A stretch of DNA of 63,831 nt, counting the filler, from Sluysia triapertura (taxonomy: Eukaryota): assembly GCA_046118255.1 (NCBI GenBank). It is 5 parts of 5 records of this genome, joined end to end, with 100 filler letters (N's around TTAATTAATTAA, not from the genome) between each part and the next. Parts side by side here need not be neighbours in the genome. Positions count along the whole stretch, not along the records: positions 1 to 12,173 come from JBJNIA010132290.1; 4 more parts are not named here. One strand, written 5' to 3'. The notes beneath the pieces are model-generated. The model was not told where the DNA came from. It made no database searches and saw only the letters and a program-made list of their open reading frames with translations. This document shows, piece by piece, positions 1 to 12,173 of the stretch (the stretch's first letter is position 1; the number at the start of each line of letters is the position of its first letter). A program made the position numbers and the translations under genes.

Positions 1-1339
1 ATTTGATTTTCAAGAATTTAAATTTGGTATAATAGTTATTGACATAGTTATAAAAAAGGGATTACGGTAAAATTATATTTGATATACTAACGATTGAAAT
101 AATAAAGCTTTAAGCTGATCAAGATAATAATATTGAGTTATAATAACTCACAGATTTTAAAGACGCAACAATATTGCCAAAATGTAAATTGTGAACGATT
201 ACTAAGATTTAACAATTTCTCCAACAGTGCTTCTGCAAAAATGAAAATTGATGATTTTACAATATGGCAGATTTTTAAATGTCTATTAGGTGGAATGTTA
301 CAAAAATATTGTTTATTATATTTATTAAATCTATTGAGTTTACTGTTATTAAAATAAAATCTACTATCAAATTGTAATTTTCGAATTTATTTAAATTATA
401 ATTATTAAAATACAAATTATGGCTATTAATTATTAAAATGTCTTTAAAGAAACTTCTCTATATTTTTAAATTTATGTTAATTTTATTAAAAATCGGATAA
501 CACAAGTAATATAGAAAACATCTATTCAAATAATATTTCAACTGTATTATAATTAAACATTTAGATATTATTAGTTCATCAAAAATAAAATATTTGCAGG
601 TGCCTGAACATGTAGGAGAAACTTTAAACAAGATAATACAAAAATGATCATAGACTAAGAAGAAACAATAATAAAAATCAAAATGTCATACTTGAAATAA
701 TATATATGGCATATCTTCACATCTGGTGTAGAGAGAATCAATATGTAAATGTAAAATTTGTAAATTATGTAATTTAAAAAGTTATAATTTGTAATATTGT
801 AAATTTTATTAATATCAATTAGAAAATTAAAATCGTCAAAATTATTTTCTTGAAATTAATAAATCATCGAAATCATTTTTATTATAATATTATTAGTTTT
901 GAAAATATTACTATTTGTTTAAATCACTAAATTAGTTAATTTAAAAATTAATATTGAAAAAAACTATAAATAGCGAAACTGAATCGCTAAAGATCATTAA
1001 TTTTAAATCTTCATCAATTTTAAGTAAAAAAACTTCATCAATTAAAAATTTAGTTAGAAGTTATAGTTTAAAATTATCAATCGATTTTGTCGAAGTATCT
1101 ATTTTTTCATTGAAAAAATATATGTTGGTTAAATAAATTATTGAGCAATTGTTTTGTAGATTATTTTTAAACTTTCCTTAGTCTTTTTAAGTTATTATTC
1201 TTTAATAAAATTCATTAAAATCACACCTAAATTTCAACTTTTAGAAAAATCTGGAATTGCCAAAATAAATTAGAATAAAGAACATTATTTTTTTAATAAT
1301 AATATCAAATTAATTATTGTTACTATAATTTAAATTATT

Positions 1340-1495
1340 GTCTTTATATACGTTGTTGAAATTTATTATTAATTAACCTTGTTCTACATTGTTGAATTTT
1401 AATTTATTAACTATTTTACGATTAAATAACCTTGTTATACATTGTTGAGTTTTACTTTATTAAATATTTCACGACTAATTAACCTTTATCGCACG
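1340..1495. repeat. Degenerate ~53-bp tandem repeat (2 full units plus partials)
   Basis: AACCTTGTT(C/A)TACATTGTTGA...ACGA recurs at 1375 and 1428, and AACCTT again at 1481 (53-bp period). Confidence 0.75.
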
Positions 1496-1619
1496 ATTAA
1501 TTTATTATTCATAAATACATTTATAAACGTATTTTTCTTGTTTTAATTGAGTTTAGGGTACTTATTACGATCAATCGTAAACCAAAAATTGCGTATAAAA
1601 ATTTAACAAAGTAACATAT

Positions 1620-2495
1620 TATTGACCTCCAATTTTTTCTCTTGACGCTGAGAGTACATGTGCTGGGCCTTTTTTGAGTAAGTCCAGTATCATAGAAAGC
1701 TCACCTAAAACATAAAACAAAGCAAAAATATTTCTAGGTAATATAGGTAGCAAAATTTTTACATATTTAACCAATATTTCACATATTTATGAAATATTGT
1801 TGACGTAGTTAATGTATAGTGTCGATCCAAAATAATCGTTAAACGGTCATTTGTATCGTTTACATTATCTTTGTATTTATGAAATGCATTTGTGAAGTTT
1901 GCCAGGATATATTTGATAACATGCATTTGATTTAAAGGTTGTTGAAAATCTGTTGATAAGATCGTATTATCGCTTACAACAATAACATTCTTAATAACAC
2001 TATTACTAAGTTTAACAACTTTTTCAATGTCAACAATTTTATCATTATAATAGAGGGAGTTTCAATCACCATAATTTTCGTAAAATAAGTTAAACATTTC
2101 TTCAATAATCTCAAACCATGCACATAAATAGCTTAAAATTTTATTGCAAATTTCATAGTTGTTTTCATAAAATAGAATTTAAATTCTATCTAAACATCAA
2201 TAACATATAAAGTTTCATCACTAGTATTAAAATATGTAATATTAAAGTATTACAATAATAATATTACAATAATATTAAAGTATTACAATGTTGGACAGTT
2301 TCCAATATTTCTCCATGATAATCATCACCATTTGAGTGATCGTATTTTATAGGTTCAATTGGTGATTCTTGATTAAAACTTGGTATTCTTGGTCGTAATG
2401 TGACAGCGTGATCATTAGGATGATGATCAATGTGTAAAGCGTATTTGAATAAATTTGAATTTGAATTAAAAGCTTTAAAAAAATATAATCCTCAT
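1620..2495 (-). pseudogene. Decayed intronless ORF of an unknown family (paralog of 49200-49963)
   Basis: Manual translation gives long protein-like runs (ALHIDHHPNDHAVTLRPRIP...DYHGEILETVQH; KILSYLCAWFEIIEEMFNLFYE) broken by stops and shifts. Motifs match the 49524..49763 ORF. Confidence 0.45.
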
Positions 2496-2649
2496 AAAAA
2501 TAAAGTTTGAGGTTTAACATAATTTATAACAAAGCAAAAATGGTGAGGAAAAATTGTACATATCAAATTTTTAAAATTGGAGTGTCCAATAAAAAGCAAC
2601 TGTTTTGTTGCTATATAGTTATTTGATAAAATTTTAATTATTAAAAACT

Positions 2650-2705
2650 GTCAGTGGTTGACAGTAAATTAAGTGTCGGGTAATTAAAACACTGTCAAGA
2701 CTGAC
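2650..2705. promoter_or_regulatory. TGACAG-containing inverted repeat upstream of the orphan ORF
   Basis: GTCAGTGGTTGACAGT-N25-ACTGTCAAGACTGAC. An ATTGG/CCAAT pair at 2576-2590 lies between it and the ORF. Confidence 0.5.
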
Positions 2706-2840
2706 ACTTATATTAGTTATTAGAAATAATAATGATTATAATAATTATGTTTGGTTAACCTAATAATTCAAAATTTAATATTATCAAGTTATCTTTCCAC
2801 ATAAAACAATCGTTACATTGATTCAACAATCAACCAAATA

Positions 2841-2996
2841 TGTTGGGGTAAAAAGGCCTAAGGTGCCATAGCGTAAAATTGACTACAATAATCTAAGATC
2901 GTTAAACGGGGATATAACTCAGTGGTAGAGCATTCGAACTGCGCAGCGATGGTTCCGGGTTCGATCCCCGGTCAGTCCATTTTACGAAGTTTAACA
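2841..2996 (+). mobile_element. Short TGTT...AACA element (solo-LTR/Ginger-like) with an internal tRNA-derived unit; complete copy
   Basis: Starts TGTTGGGG, ends TTTAACA, AATA on both sides (2837-2840, 2997-3000). Homologous copies at 23696, 28523, 54172 and 61949(-). Confidence 0.75.
2908..2979 (+). tRNA. tRNA-like (pseudo-tRNA) Pol III unit inside the repeat; resembles tRNA-Cys
   Basis: A box TAACTCAGTGG, D-arm GGTAGAGC, perfect T-arm CCGGG-TTCGATC-CCCGG, 72 nt followed by a T-run. Acceptor and anticodon stems are mismatched, so probably not a functional tRNA. Confidence 0.7.
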
Positions 2997-3119
2997 AATA
3001 CATTAAATGCAATAGATTAAGTTTCCTATAGCATAACATAAATTCTTAAGTAATACCTACAGTAGAAGAAGCAAAAACTGAGTCAATCTAGAATTGGATT
3101 CATTAAATTTAATACTATT

Positions 3120-3340
3120 ACTGAGTTTTTCTTACTTAGACTTACGAAAAAGTAGAGGATTTTCTTTCGGTGAGTCCACTAACGTAGTAGACTTACAGAT
3201 TATGGCTAGTCGTTGGATTTTCAAATCACTTAAAATTTAATATGGAGGTTACTTATCTGGCTTTGTCTAAAAATTTTATGAGATTATTACAGATTAATCT
3301 TAATGGTTATTAAATATGAATCCTATGAAAAGGATTTGAA
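3120..3340 (+). repeat. Structured dispersed repeat, copy A (bulged stem-loop family)
   Basis: GTGAGTCCACTAACG...CGTTGGATTT (3170-3220) matches the reverse complement of 24079-24130 and resembles 11299-11338. Confidence 0.6.
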
Positions 3341-5271
3341 TTAAGTGTTTATTTTGCGTATCCGAATGAAATTCGGACAAAACTTTTATGCACTTGCTAA
3401 TTTATTATTTTAAAACTATGTAATTTACTAATTGTATCTTTTTACAAAAAATCAAAATTAAGTAAAAGATGATTATATATTGCAATAAGGACAATTAATA
3501 AAGTATTACAGAAAAAACGATTAGAATATGTATGTGAATGATTTTTCTTAATTAACTATTATAAGTTAATCTAATCTAATAAATTTTAAGATAATATTTT
3601 ACGATAGAACCGTGAAAGGGTTCTAACTCTAATTCAAAAATTAATTTAAGTATATTTTACGATAGATACGTAAACGTATTTGCATCTTATAAATATAAAT
3701 TAACGTTGGAATAATATCGTTCTAGTAAACAAAGAAAATCATTGAAAATCTTGATTACTTTTGGCTCTTTACGTGATTAACAAATTTTGGTTGATAACTT
3801 TTGGTAGTCAAATTTTGATTGCGAAGAACACATTTTTGATTATGTAAATCAAATTTTTTGTGTAAAACAAATTTTTGCTTGTGTGATTTGTACAAAATTT
3901 TTTGCATATATACATTGATTTTACTTGTCCTTAAACGATATTTAAACTATAGTATTTAATTTACAAATTGGTTAATATTTTGCAAATTAATAATTTACGA
4001 ACAAATTAATAAAAATACTTACATTTTAATATTTAATTCAATATTTTATTCTTAAATCCAAACAGAATAATAAAAATCAATAAAATATTATAATCGTGAC
4101 AAATAATAACAAGATATGATATAGAATGAATAACATATACATTTACAAAAATCAATAAATTGTCAGTACACACACATATTATAGTTATAGTGCACACACA
4201 TTATTAACATTATAAATAAGCAGTCAAAAGTTTTATCAGTTTTATTGCACTAAATTAATACTTATTTGGTTACTTCTATATCATTCTATGTAGATTGTTA
4301 ATGTTATTTAAATCATGGTCCTGAAATGTTTTTGTGGGGTTTTTATCTGTTAAATAAGTTTATTTTTAATTGAAGTTTCACTAAATTTAAGAAAATGTAC
4401 GCATTTGAGCTTCACTTAAATTGCTAAAATTATGCAACAGTTTTATGTAGGTTTAGTTTAATTATTCTGAAATGGCAATTTGCAGAGCATTAGTGATCCG
4501 TGAAAATGGAAAATGTTTTACTGCGTATAGTTATTGAAGAAAACAATTTGGTTGCAATTTATTTATATATTACATTTTAAACAACATTGATATTTAAATT
4601 TTTTAAAAACGTTCCATCTAAGAATGCTATGAGCACTGGTTTAATCATTAGCGTCCAGTGGATTTCAAGTTTTTATAAGGAATATGTTCATTATAAAGTT
4701 TGTATAACTCAAATTCGCAAAATTTAGTGCATTAATGATTCACTAGACGTTTTATGCTGTAGATATTTTAAAATACTCTTTGTATCAATTATTTCGTTTT
4801 ATAAACACTTAAACTTTGAAAATAAGAAAAATTAATATAAAAACAGTTCAAATAGATCTTGCTTTTTACGCAACCGTTTCTTTTATATTATTCTCATACT
4901 TGTATTATCTGATATGTTGACATAAGCGTTTAGTGTGCTACCTCATATTCATGTATTCTTTTATAATTAAAACCAAATTCATCTAAATAATAATAATAAT
5001 AATATTAATAATAATAATAATTACATTTCAATTTATTGATTAAAAATGTTGTTTAAAAAAGTTTACAGTAGCCATTTTATTTAATGACTTCAAAAACAAA
5101 CAATACATCAAATCAAAAACTACAAAAGACAGTTTCTAACTTAATCTCAACAGTTATTACGTTTTCGTGACAATAGATTGTTCAGTATGAGAATTCAGTA
5201 AACATTTTTGGTGTTTTAAGCATTAATATACATATTAATGATATACATATTAAAATTCGTAATGGACCACA

Positions 5272-5778
5272 TTGTGTTTTTTTGTATTTGATTATAAACA
5301 TGATGTAGATGTATTTTCTTTACGAGTTGATTTTCCTCGAGATTTTAAGCGAAGTACTTCACGTCGTCATGACAATAGAGATCACAGATTTGATCGCGAT
5401 TCAGATAACAGACGTAGTAGTAATATTAGTAATAGCGACCATTTAGAACCATACGAAATGTATATACCAACATCATTTAGATACTACCCATCCATTGGTA
5501 TTTGTTACAATGATTATCGTAATATGGCTCATTTTCATAATTATAAGAACACTAATTCCAGCAATCAACATATTCATGATTCTATTCGTTATCAAGTAAT
5601 ACCAACACCTCCAGCTTCACTCGACACGTCAAACAATGTTCATAAACATAATAATTCAACAAATTTTATAAATGTCATTAGTAAGCAATTTTATACTCTT
5701 GATTTTTATTCTGAAATTTTTATAATTCAATGTTTTGTTGTATGTATTAAATTAGCAAAAATTTATTGTGTTATTTAA
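5272..5778 (+). CDS. Probable exon encoding an Arg/Asp/Ser-rich low-complexity protein of unknown identity
   Basis: 168-codon open frame with raised GC and protein-like composition (RRHDNRDHRFDRDSDNRRSS). Likely donor GTAAGC near 5681. No family recognised. Confidence 0.4.
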   Translation: MCFFVFDYKHDVDVFSLRVDFPRDFKRSTSRRHDNRDHRFDRDSDNRRSSNISNSDHLEPYEMYIPTSFRYYPSIGICYNDYRNMAHFHNYKNTNSSNQHIHDSIRYQVIPTPPASLDTSNNVHKHNNSTNFINVISKQFYTLDFYSEIFIIQCFVVCIKLAKIYCVI

Positions 5779-6119
5779 AAGTTTAATTTTGATAAAGTAA
5801 AAGTCCTTAAGAACCATTTTTAAATTAAAGAATCGAATAATTTTGTAATTAAATTATCAGAAAATAAAAATTTTATTTTATTAGCTTGTAAAAAATTTAT
5901 ATGAATAATCATTGTTTTAATTTTAACAAACAATATCTTTTAACACAAACATTTCAACTTTATATATAAAAATTATAATAATAATTAATAATAATAATAT
6001 AATCGTTTCGTTTAATTAAAATACTAATAATAATAATTAATGATAATAATAAGGATAAAAATAAAATAAAAATAAAAATGCACATATTGCATAAATATTT
6101 ATCTTAACACATATCAGAG

Positions 6120-7022
6120 TCTGCTTTTTATTCATTAAGTTGTTTTGCTAATGTTTCTATTTTCGATATGTAAATAAATTTTTTATTTTAATTTTTCATC
6201 CATATTTCAAATTCAGTAACATTCTTTCTAGTAAAATGAAGATCTAAAATAATATCTTGAAGTGAATTCTACTTGAGTTGAAATGTCTATAGTTGATACT
6301 CGTTTTACGGAACGTTTGTCTATTATTAAATCTAGATAATCTATTGTCTAATAATTGTCTAATCTATTGTGATAATAATTGACTCAAAAATTGTGCTTTT
6401 CTGAATCGAGTTTTTAAGTCACAATCTATTTATAAGGAGTTTCTTGAGTCATGATAAAGTTCAAAAAACTTTTTATACTATCTTTTCGTATAACTGGTAA
6501 GAATAGCAAATTAAAAAGACGTGAAAATTTTATCACTTTCTTTGGTAACATCAAACTTAAGTTGCATAAATAAATCTAATATATCAATAGCTCTTTGCAC
6601 ATTTAAGATATTACGTGAGAACTCCAATATAATTATTATCAGTTTCAACAATTTTTCATTATTTACTCAAAGTAAAAGAATTGATTTTTTTGGACATTCA
6701 TGAAAACATTAGTTTAATCTAAATAAATTAATTCGTAAAATAACTTGAATATTTGTAAGTTATTCTGACGTAGCTGTTCACTAGAATAAATTGATTGAAT
6801 TACATCTGACAGTAAAATTTTTTCATTCATCATCATTACGTGACGTTGTTTTGATAATCTTGAATGACCACGTAACCATAATGCGTGCTTTACATTATCG
6901 GTATCATCTTCCAAACATCTAGAGCTATTAGTAGTTTTTGTAAAAGTATTATTATCTTCGCTTTCCGCAGCAATAGAGGCATGAGCTGATAAATTGTGAG
7001 AATCGACAGCATGACTAAACAT
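6120..7022 (-). pseudogene. Decayed intronless orphan ORF
   Basis: 102-aa ORF (6714..7022) continues as protein-like sequence broken by stops to about 6120, preceded by a C/A-rich leader. Confidence 0.35.
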
Positions 7023-7875
7023 TCGAAATAAAATACCAAACAGAGAGAAAAGTAAAAAATATGAAAGAAAGTTGTGAAAGGAAATTGGCTAAGTTAAAGA
7101 TGTGAAAAGAAATTCCATTCAGTTTATTGTTGTTTTTCAATTTTAAATACAAATTTAATGATTTTTGATGTAATGAGTGCTTTGAGTGTTATAAAATTGT
7201 GAATTTTGTTCAGTGTGATATGTACAAGTTTTGTGTAAATGTTGCGTCTTTGAAAATTATTAATTACGCTAAATCAATATCAATTTAATTAACATAAATA
7301 AAATCTCAATAATTTAAGTAGTCACTATATCAAGTATAAATTTTCAGTAATTCTATTACTTTGATAATAATAATTATTATAATAATTATAATTATAATAA
7401 TTAAATAATAATAATAATTTAGTTTTTGAAAATCAAATCAATAACGACAACACAATAATTTACTGGTTAAATACAAATTATTATTCTTATAAATATCCAC
7501 TAAACAATAATAAAAATGAGTAAAATGACGTATCAAGAATATAACAAACTATCTAATGACGCAATAAATACTAAATATTAATTATTATTCACGATTATTT
7601 CTTAATAATAATCAAAAATAAATTTCCCAAAAACAACACAAAGCAAAAACTATTCTAATTAAATCCCCCAAAAAATAATACTATTTTTAATTATAAAATA
7701 AATTCAAAAATTTATTAAAACATGGATCTTCTCATTTGCATTGTTATGTTAGGTTAAATTTTTTGGTATTCCTTTTTATATTTTCTCATCATCCAATCAT
7801 TCCCAATTTTTTGATTAAACATTCTATCAGACAAATCACTGAAACATTCTTTGAGAAATAATCCAACAATAATAA

Positions 7876-7907
7876 CTTTGACAGTGACATGGTACAGACT
7901 GTCAAAG
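7876..7907. promoter_or_regulatory. Perfect 10-bp inverted repeat CTTTGACAGT-N12-ACTGTCAAAG
   Basis: Read directly; same TGACAG core as the palindromes at 2650 and 50221. Confidence 0.55.
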
Positions 7908-7909
7908 CT

Positions 7910-8345
7910 TATTAGATACAAAACAAAAAAAATTGATTTACGATTATCTATTATTTTCTTTTACTCTACTCAGTCTACTTTACTCAACTCACATTAATAT
8001 AATAATCATTATTATTGTTAACATACATAAAAAATAATGAATTTAATTTTAGTTTTCCGAATTTAATTGATTTTTGGTTTTTCTCACCCCATTTTCTTAT
8101 GGAAAATATTTTAAGCTTCTTCTTACTCTACAAACATTTCAAACTCACTTTTAGATTCTCCTCTTCCATTTCATATTCCATTCATTATATTCGCATCATT
8201 ATAAATGTAAAAACTTCAACATAATTAAGAATTAATTAAAATTTGACTTTGCTCAATATTAAGGCTTTTCTTGCATGAACTCGGTCAAACCATACCTTCA
8301 TCGAAAGGTCTTTTCAAAACAAATGCATACACAGTTTCAAATTAA
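7910..8345 (+). repeat. Interspersed repeat; inverted copy at 48255-48705
   Basis: CATGAACTCGGTCAAACCATACCTTCATCGAAAGGTC (8274-8310) aligns to the reverse complement of about 48288-48324; similarity extends over ~430 bp. Confidence 0.75.
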
Positions 8346-8702
8346 GTGTACTTATATTATTTTATTATCAAGTTTATTACAAGTCGATTTTATTATTTAT
8401 TATTACCGACTTAATTATTAAATATTATTATTATTAAAATTTAAAAATAATAATTTATGACGTGCCAGAATGTACCTTGATTTACCTTGACATGCTCAAT
8501 TAAAATTTTCGTCATATTTAAAATGTTATATGTATAAATTCATTTCATAATAAACGTATATAGACTAAGTATTTAATCACCTTAAATTCAAAATTCAAGG
8601 TACAATATTCACACTTGTGTATGCTTATCTTTGTATTGTTTTAAATTGCATAGTGTAAAATATATATTTTCGAAAAACATACATTGGTTGTATAAATAAG
8701 TT

Positions 8703-9039
8703 ATGAAAGAACCTAATAACAACGATGAGAAAGATGTTATTAAAACACGAAAGGAGAATGTAGTTCGAATATCAAATAAAGTTGAAGAGATTTTGATTAG
8801 TGACACTCACTATGCTACAACTGAAGAATCATTAAATCAAAATATCCAAAGATCAAGTTATTCCACTTTTCACGAAAGTGGAATTTCACATTACGACAAT
8901 GACAGTATTGAAAGCGAACTTTATGATGAAAATCGAGAAAATTCCGCAACAATGTCTTCTCAATCAACATATACATTTCGAGAAGGTAGTTTTTTAACGA
9001 AAAGTATGATTGAACCAGAACTAGATATGTACTTTAAAG
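8703..9039 (+). CDS. SLC38A7/8-like amino-acid transporter, exon 1 (long hydrophilic N-terminus)
   Basis: ATG-initiated open frame ending AAAG|GTAT (phase 1), in frame with the next exon. Confidence 0.7.
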
Positions 9040-9122
9040 GTATTTTTTGAAATTATATTACAAATCGATACATGAATTATTTATTATAAAATCAATAAAA
9101 ATTACATAAGTGTACAATTAAG

Positions 9123-9247
9123 GTAGTTCTACATGGCAAAGTGGAATTTTAGTTATGACAAATATTTGTCTTGGTATGGGAATTTTGAATTTTCCTCAAA
9201 TTGTATATGAAACTGGCGGTATTGTAAATACAATTGTTATATTACTT
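9123..9247 (+). CDS. SLC38A7/8-like amino-acid transporter, exon 2 (TM1 region)
   Basis: AG|GT...CTT|GTTAGT. Translates GSSTWQSGILVMTNICLGMGILNFPQIVYETGGIVNTIVILL, matching the N-x-x-LG-x-G-x-LNFP...GG signature of SLC38A7/8 (Aa_trans family). Confidence 0.8.
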
Positions 9248-11254
9248 GTTAGTTTACTTATAATAAACATTTATGAACAGAAATTACATTTATATGAATT
9301 AACATAAAATTCTTTAGCCTATTAATTAATTTAATAACTTAGCATTATTAATATTTATAATATTAATAATAAAATAATATTATTAATAATAATATTTATA
9401 ACAAAATAGTTGTAGATTTTAATCTTATTCAAGTGCTAATTTTTAATGTTTTACCTTAACCAAAATATAAATTATAAATTATCTCAAGCAATGAATATTA
9501 CAACTTAGATATTATTCGTCCCTGTTAATCAGGAAACAAATTAATGAAAAATTAAAAAAATTTGATGTTTTAAAATAATTACAAAATTTTAATTTAAATT
9601 TAATTTTGAATTATTGTAATTATTGAATTATTGCTTGTAGTAATTTCTTTGTAAACTAAGATATTTTATGACTTAGTCACTATAAGTCTTTTTACAAAAT
9701 GTGCAATCAGTTAGGTTGCTGTACATTATTTCGAAACCCACTAATGATAGTTGATCGAGCAATCTTTATTCTTTCTAGTATGATTATATTAGAATAATGC
9801 GCACTTATTGGAATTTATAAAATGTCATTCCATATTGTGCATTTGAGATTGTGTTATTTAAAACTTTAATATCATTATATCTAGCTTTGTAGCTTTCTGC
9901 TTCTTAGTTTGACTTGAATAAGAATTGTTAAAATTATCGTACGTATTCATAATTCATGAAGAACAATATCACAAAAGCATAATTAAAGCAAAGATCTGTG
10001 TTTTTAAATATTAGCTGAAATGGAAATTTTAACTTAAATATTCTATAATTTATCAATATTTTACACTAATTAAATGCTACTATGCATAATATATGGATAT
10101 ATTTGTGGTGCATAGGTATTTTCCAGTTAAATTTACATAGCGGTATTTTAAGCCCATTTAGAATTTAATTTAATTTAGATTAATTTATACATTTTAAAAA
10201 TAAAGTGACTTTGTTATTTAATTTCAAAATATGATACTGATTTTAAAATGGTCTTAACGATTTAACAGTCTTAACAAGTTTATAACTGTGGTGATTCAAA
10301 AACAATAGTACACTTTTGAACTCTGCACAAATCATTTTATTCATATTCAATCATTTCTTATTTTGTGTGCACATTCTCACACATTTTCACACTTGAAGCA
10401 ACCTTCTCTACATCATATAATATCAACTTTGATTAAGATTAAATACTTTTTATTTGTCATTTTATTAATTTAATTATTGTAATTCTTTTATTATTCTCTT
10501 GATATTGTTTTATTAATTTTACTAGTTATTGTTTCAATATCAAAAATTTTTATGATTTAAAATTTAAAAAGAATAATTATATTCAATACCCAAAAACATG
10601 TTAATATCTTCAACAGATGCACATTGTAAAAGTTGATCGTCTGCTCAAGTGTGCCAAATTGTCAGAATAATAATCTCTCGATGCGAAGTTCATAAATGAT
10701 ATCATACATTTTAAGTTACTCCTAATATTAAGAAAAGTTTTAATTAAACAGTGGAACGAAAAAAAGAAGAAACTAACGAATTTTAAAAATTGAGTCTGAA
10801 TCGGTTAATACTACATTGAATTTGATTTTGAATTATAATTTTGAATTTTCTGTAAGAATGAAATTTTCTGCACAACCTTCCTAACTGTATTATGTTCAAT
10901 TCACTATATGTAGAAATAGACCAGGAATACGAAACCAAATATAAAATGTCTGAGGTATATTTTAATGTAACCAGTAGTACGGGAGTTAACTAATATTCAT
11001 TATGATTAATTTTGGTCGAATCAGAAAGAAGGATCGTGTTAGATCTGTTTTAGAACCAGCAAGATAATAAGGTGTTAAAATTATTGGATAAAATATTGAA
11101 TATAAAATAATACAATACAGCTAGAAAACCAAGTAGAGTGAAACAAAGCTTGAGAATCGAAAGCCAATGTTTGAGAATGAATTTTTAACAGTATAATTTA
11201 ATGTTAAATTATTCTGATGTATTGAGTTAAGAATTAAAAAGAATAATGTAATTG

Positions 11255-11640
11255 GTTATTTTAAATAGTCTATTTCCACCAATTAATTGTTTAGTAAAAT
11301 GAGTCCGCCTGCGACCCTAGTCTTACGCACTAGGATTTGAAGAAATTTGACTTAAAAGAACATATGGAAGTCAAATAATACAATATGTCGGTAGTGTTAT
11401 TAATTAATTAGTTAATTCGTTTTAGTTAATTAGTTTTAATGCTTGATAATCGTGAAAGTCAAAAAATATTGAATCTTAAAACTGCGCAATAATGTTATGC
11501 TTTGAAATTATGATGCAACCGATTTATTTTCCGCTTTTGCAGAGATTAAGTTTGTGAGATTTTATATAGGATCCTCTTTGGACAGAATCTCTGAAATAAT
11601 TGATTTTTCTACAGAATTATAATCGGTTTTAACAATTAAG
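11255..11640 (+). repeat. Structured dispersed repeat, copy B
   Basis: ATGAGTCCGCC...TAGTCTTA...AGGATTT (11299-11338) flanked by hairpins with perfect stems TAATTGGT/ACCAATTA and ATTTGACTT/AAGTCAAAT. Confidence 0.5.
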
Positions 11641-12173
11641 AGATCAATTTTATTAATTTAAAACTGTATAAATTAAATTTAATTGAATTTGTATATTTAT
11701 ATATTATTAACTTTTTAAGCCCAATTTAAAAGGGTCTTTAATTAAATTTTTCGAGCGTCATATATAAGCGGCTGTTTTACTTTAAGTATAATTTCTTTGT
11801 ATGAAAACGATAATATTAATATGCAATATTCACAAAAACGATTTTATGAAAATGTACAAAATGATTTAGAATTTAATTGATTAATATTATGCAATAATAT
11901 CAAAACTTTCAAGAATTATATTTTTAGATTCAAATTAAAGGATTCTTGAAATTATTACTTAAAATTTTGAGTTAATATTACAAACACATTAAAATATGTT
12001 AAAATTTATAATTATAAACTAAGGTTTAATTTAAATATTATCGTAATTAATATTTAATAATTTAATAATTAATGTTTTCTCTAGATTAATTTTTTGTATT
12101 AAAATTTTTTCACAAGTCAAGATTCTCAAAATTGTTAATTTTTATTCAAACGAATATTAATGTAATGTTATAC

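Noticed and set aside
2908-2979. Functional tRNA gene
   Set aside because: Acceptor and anticodon stems do not pair; it is part of a dispersed repeat.
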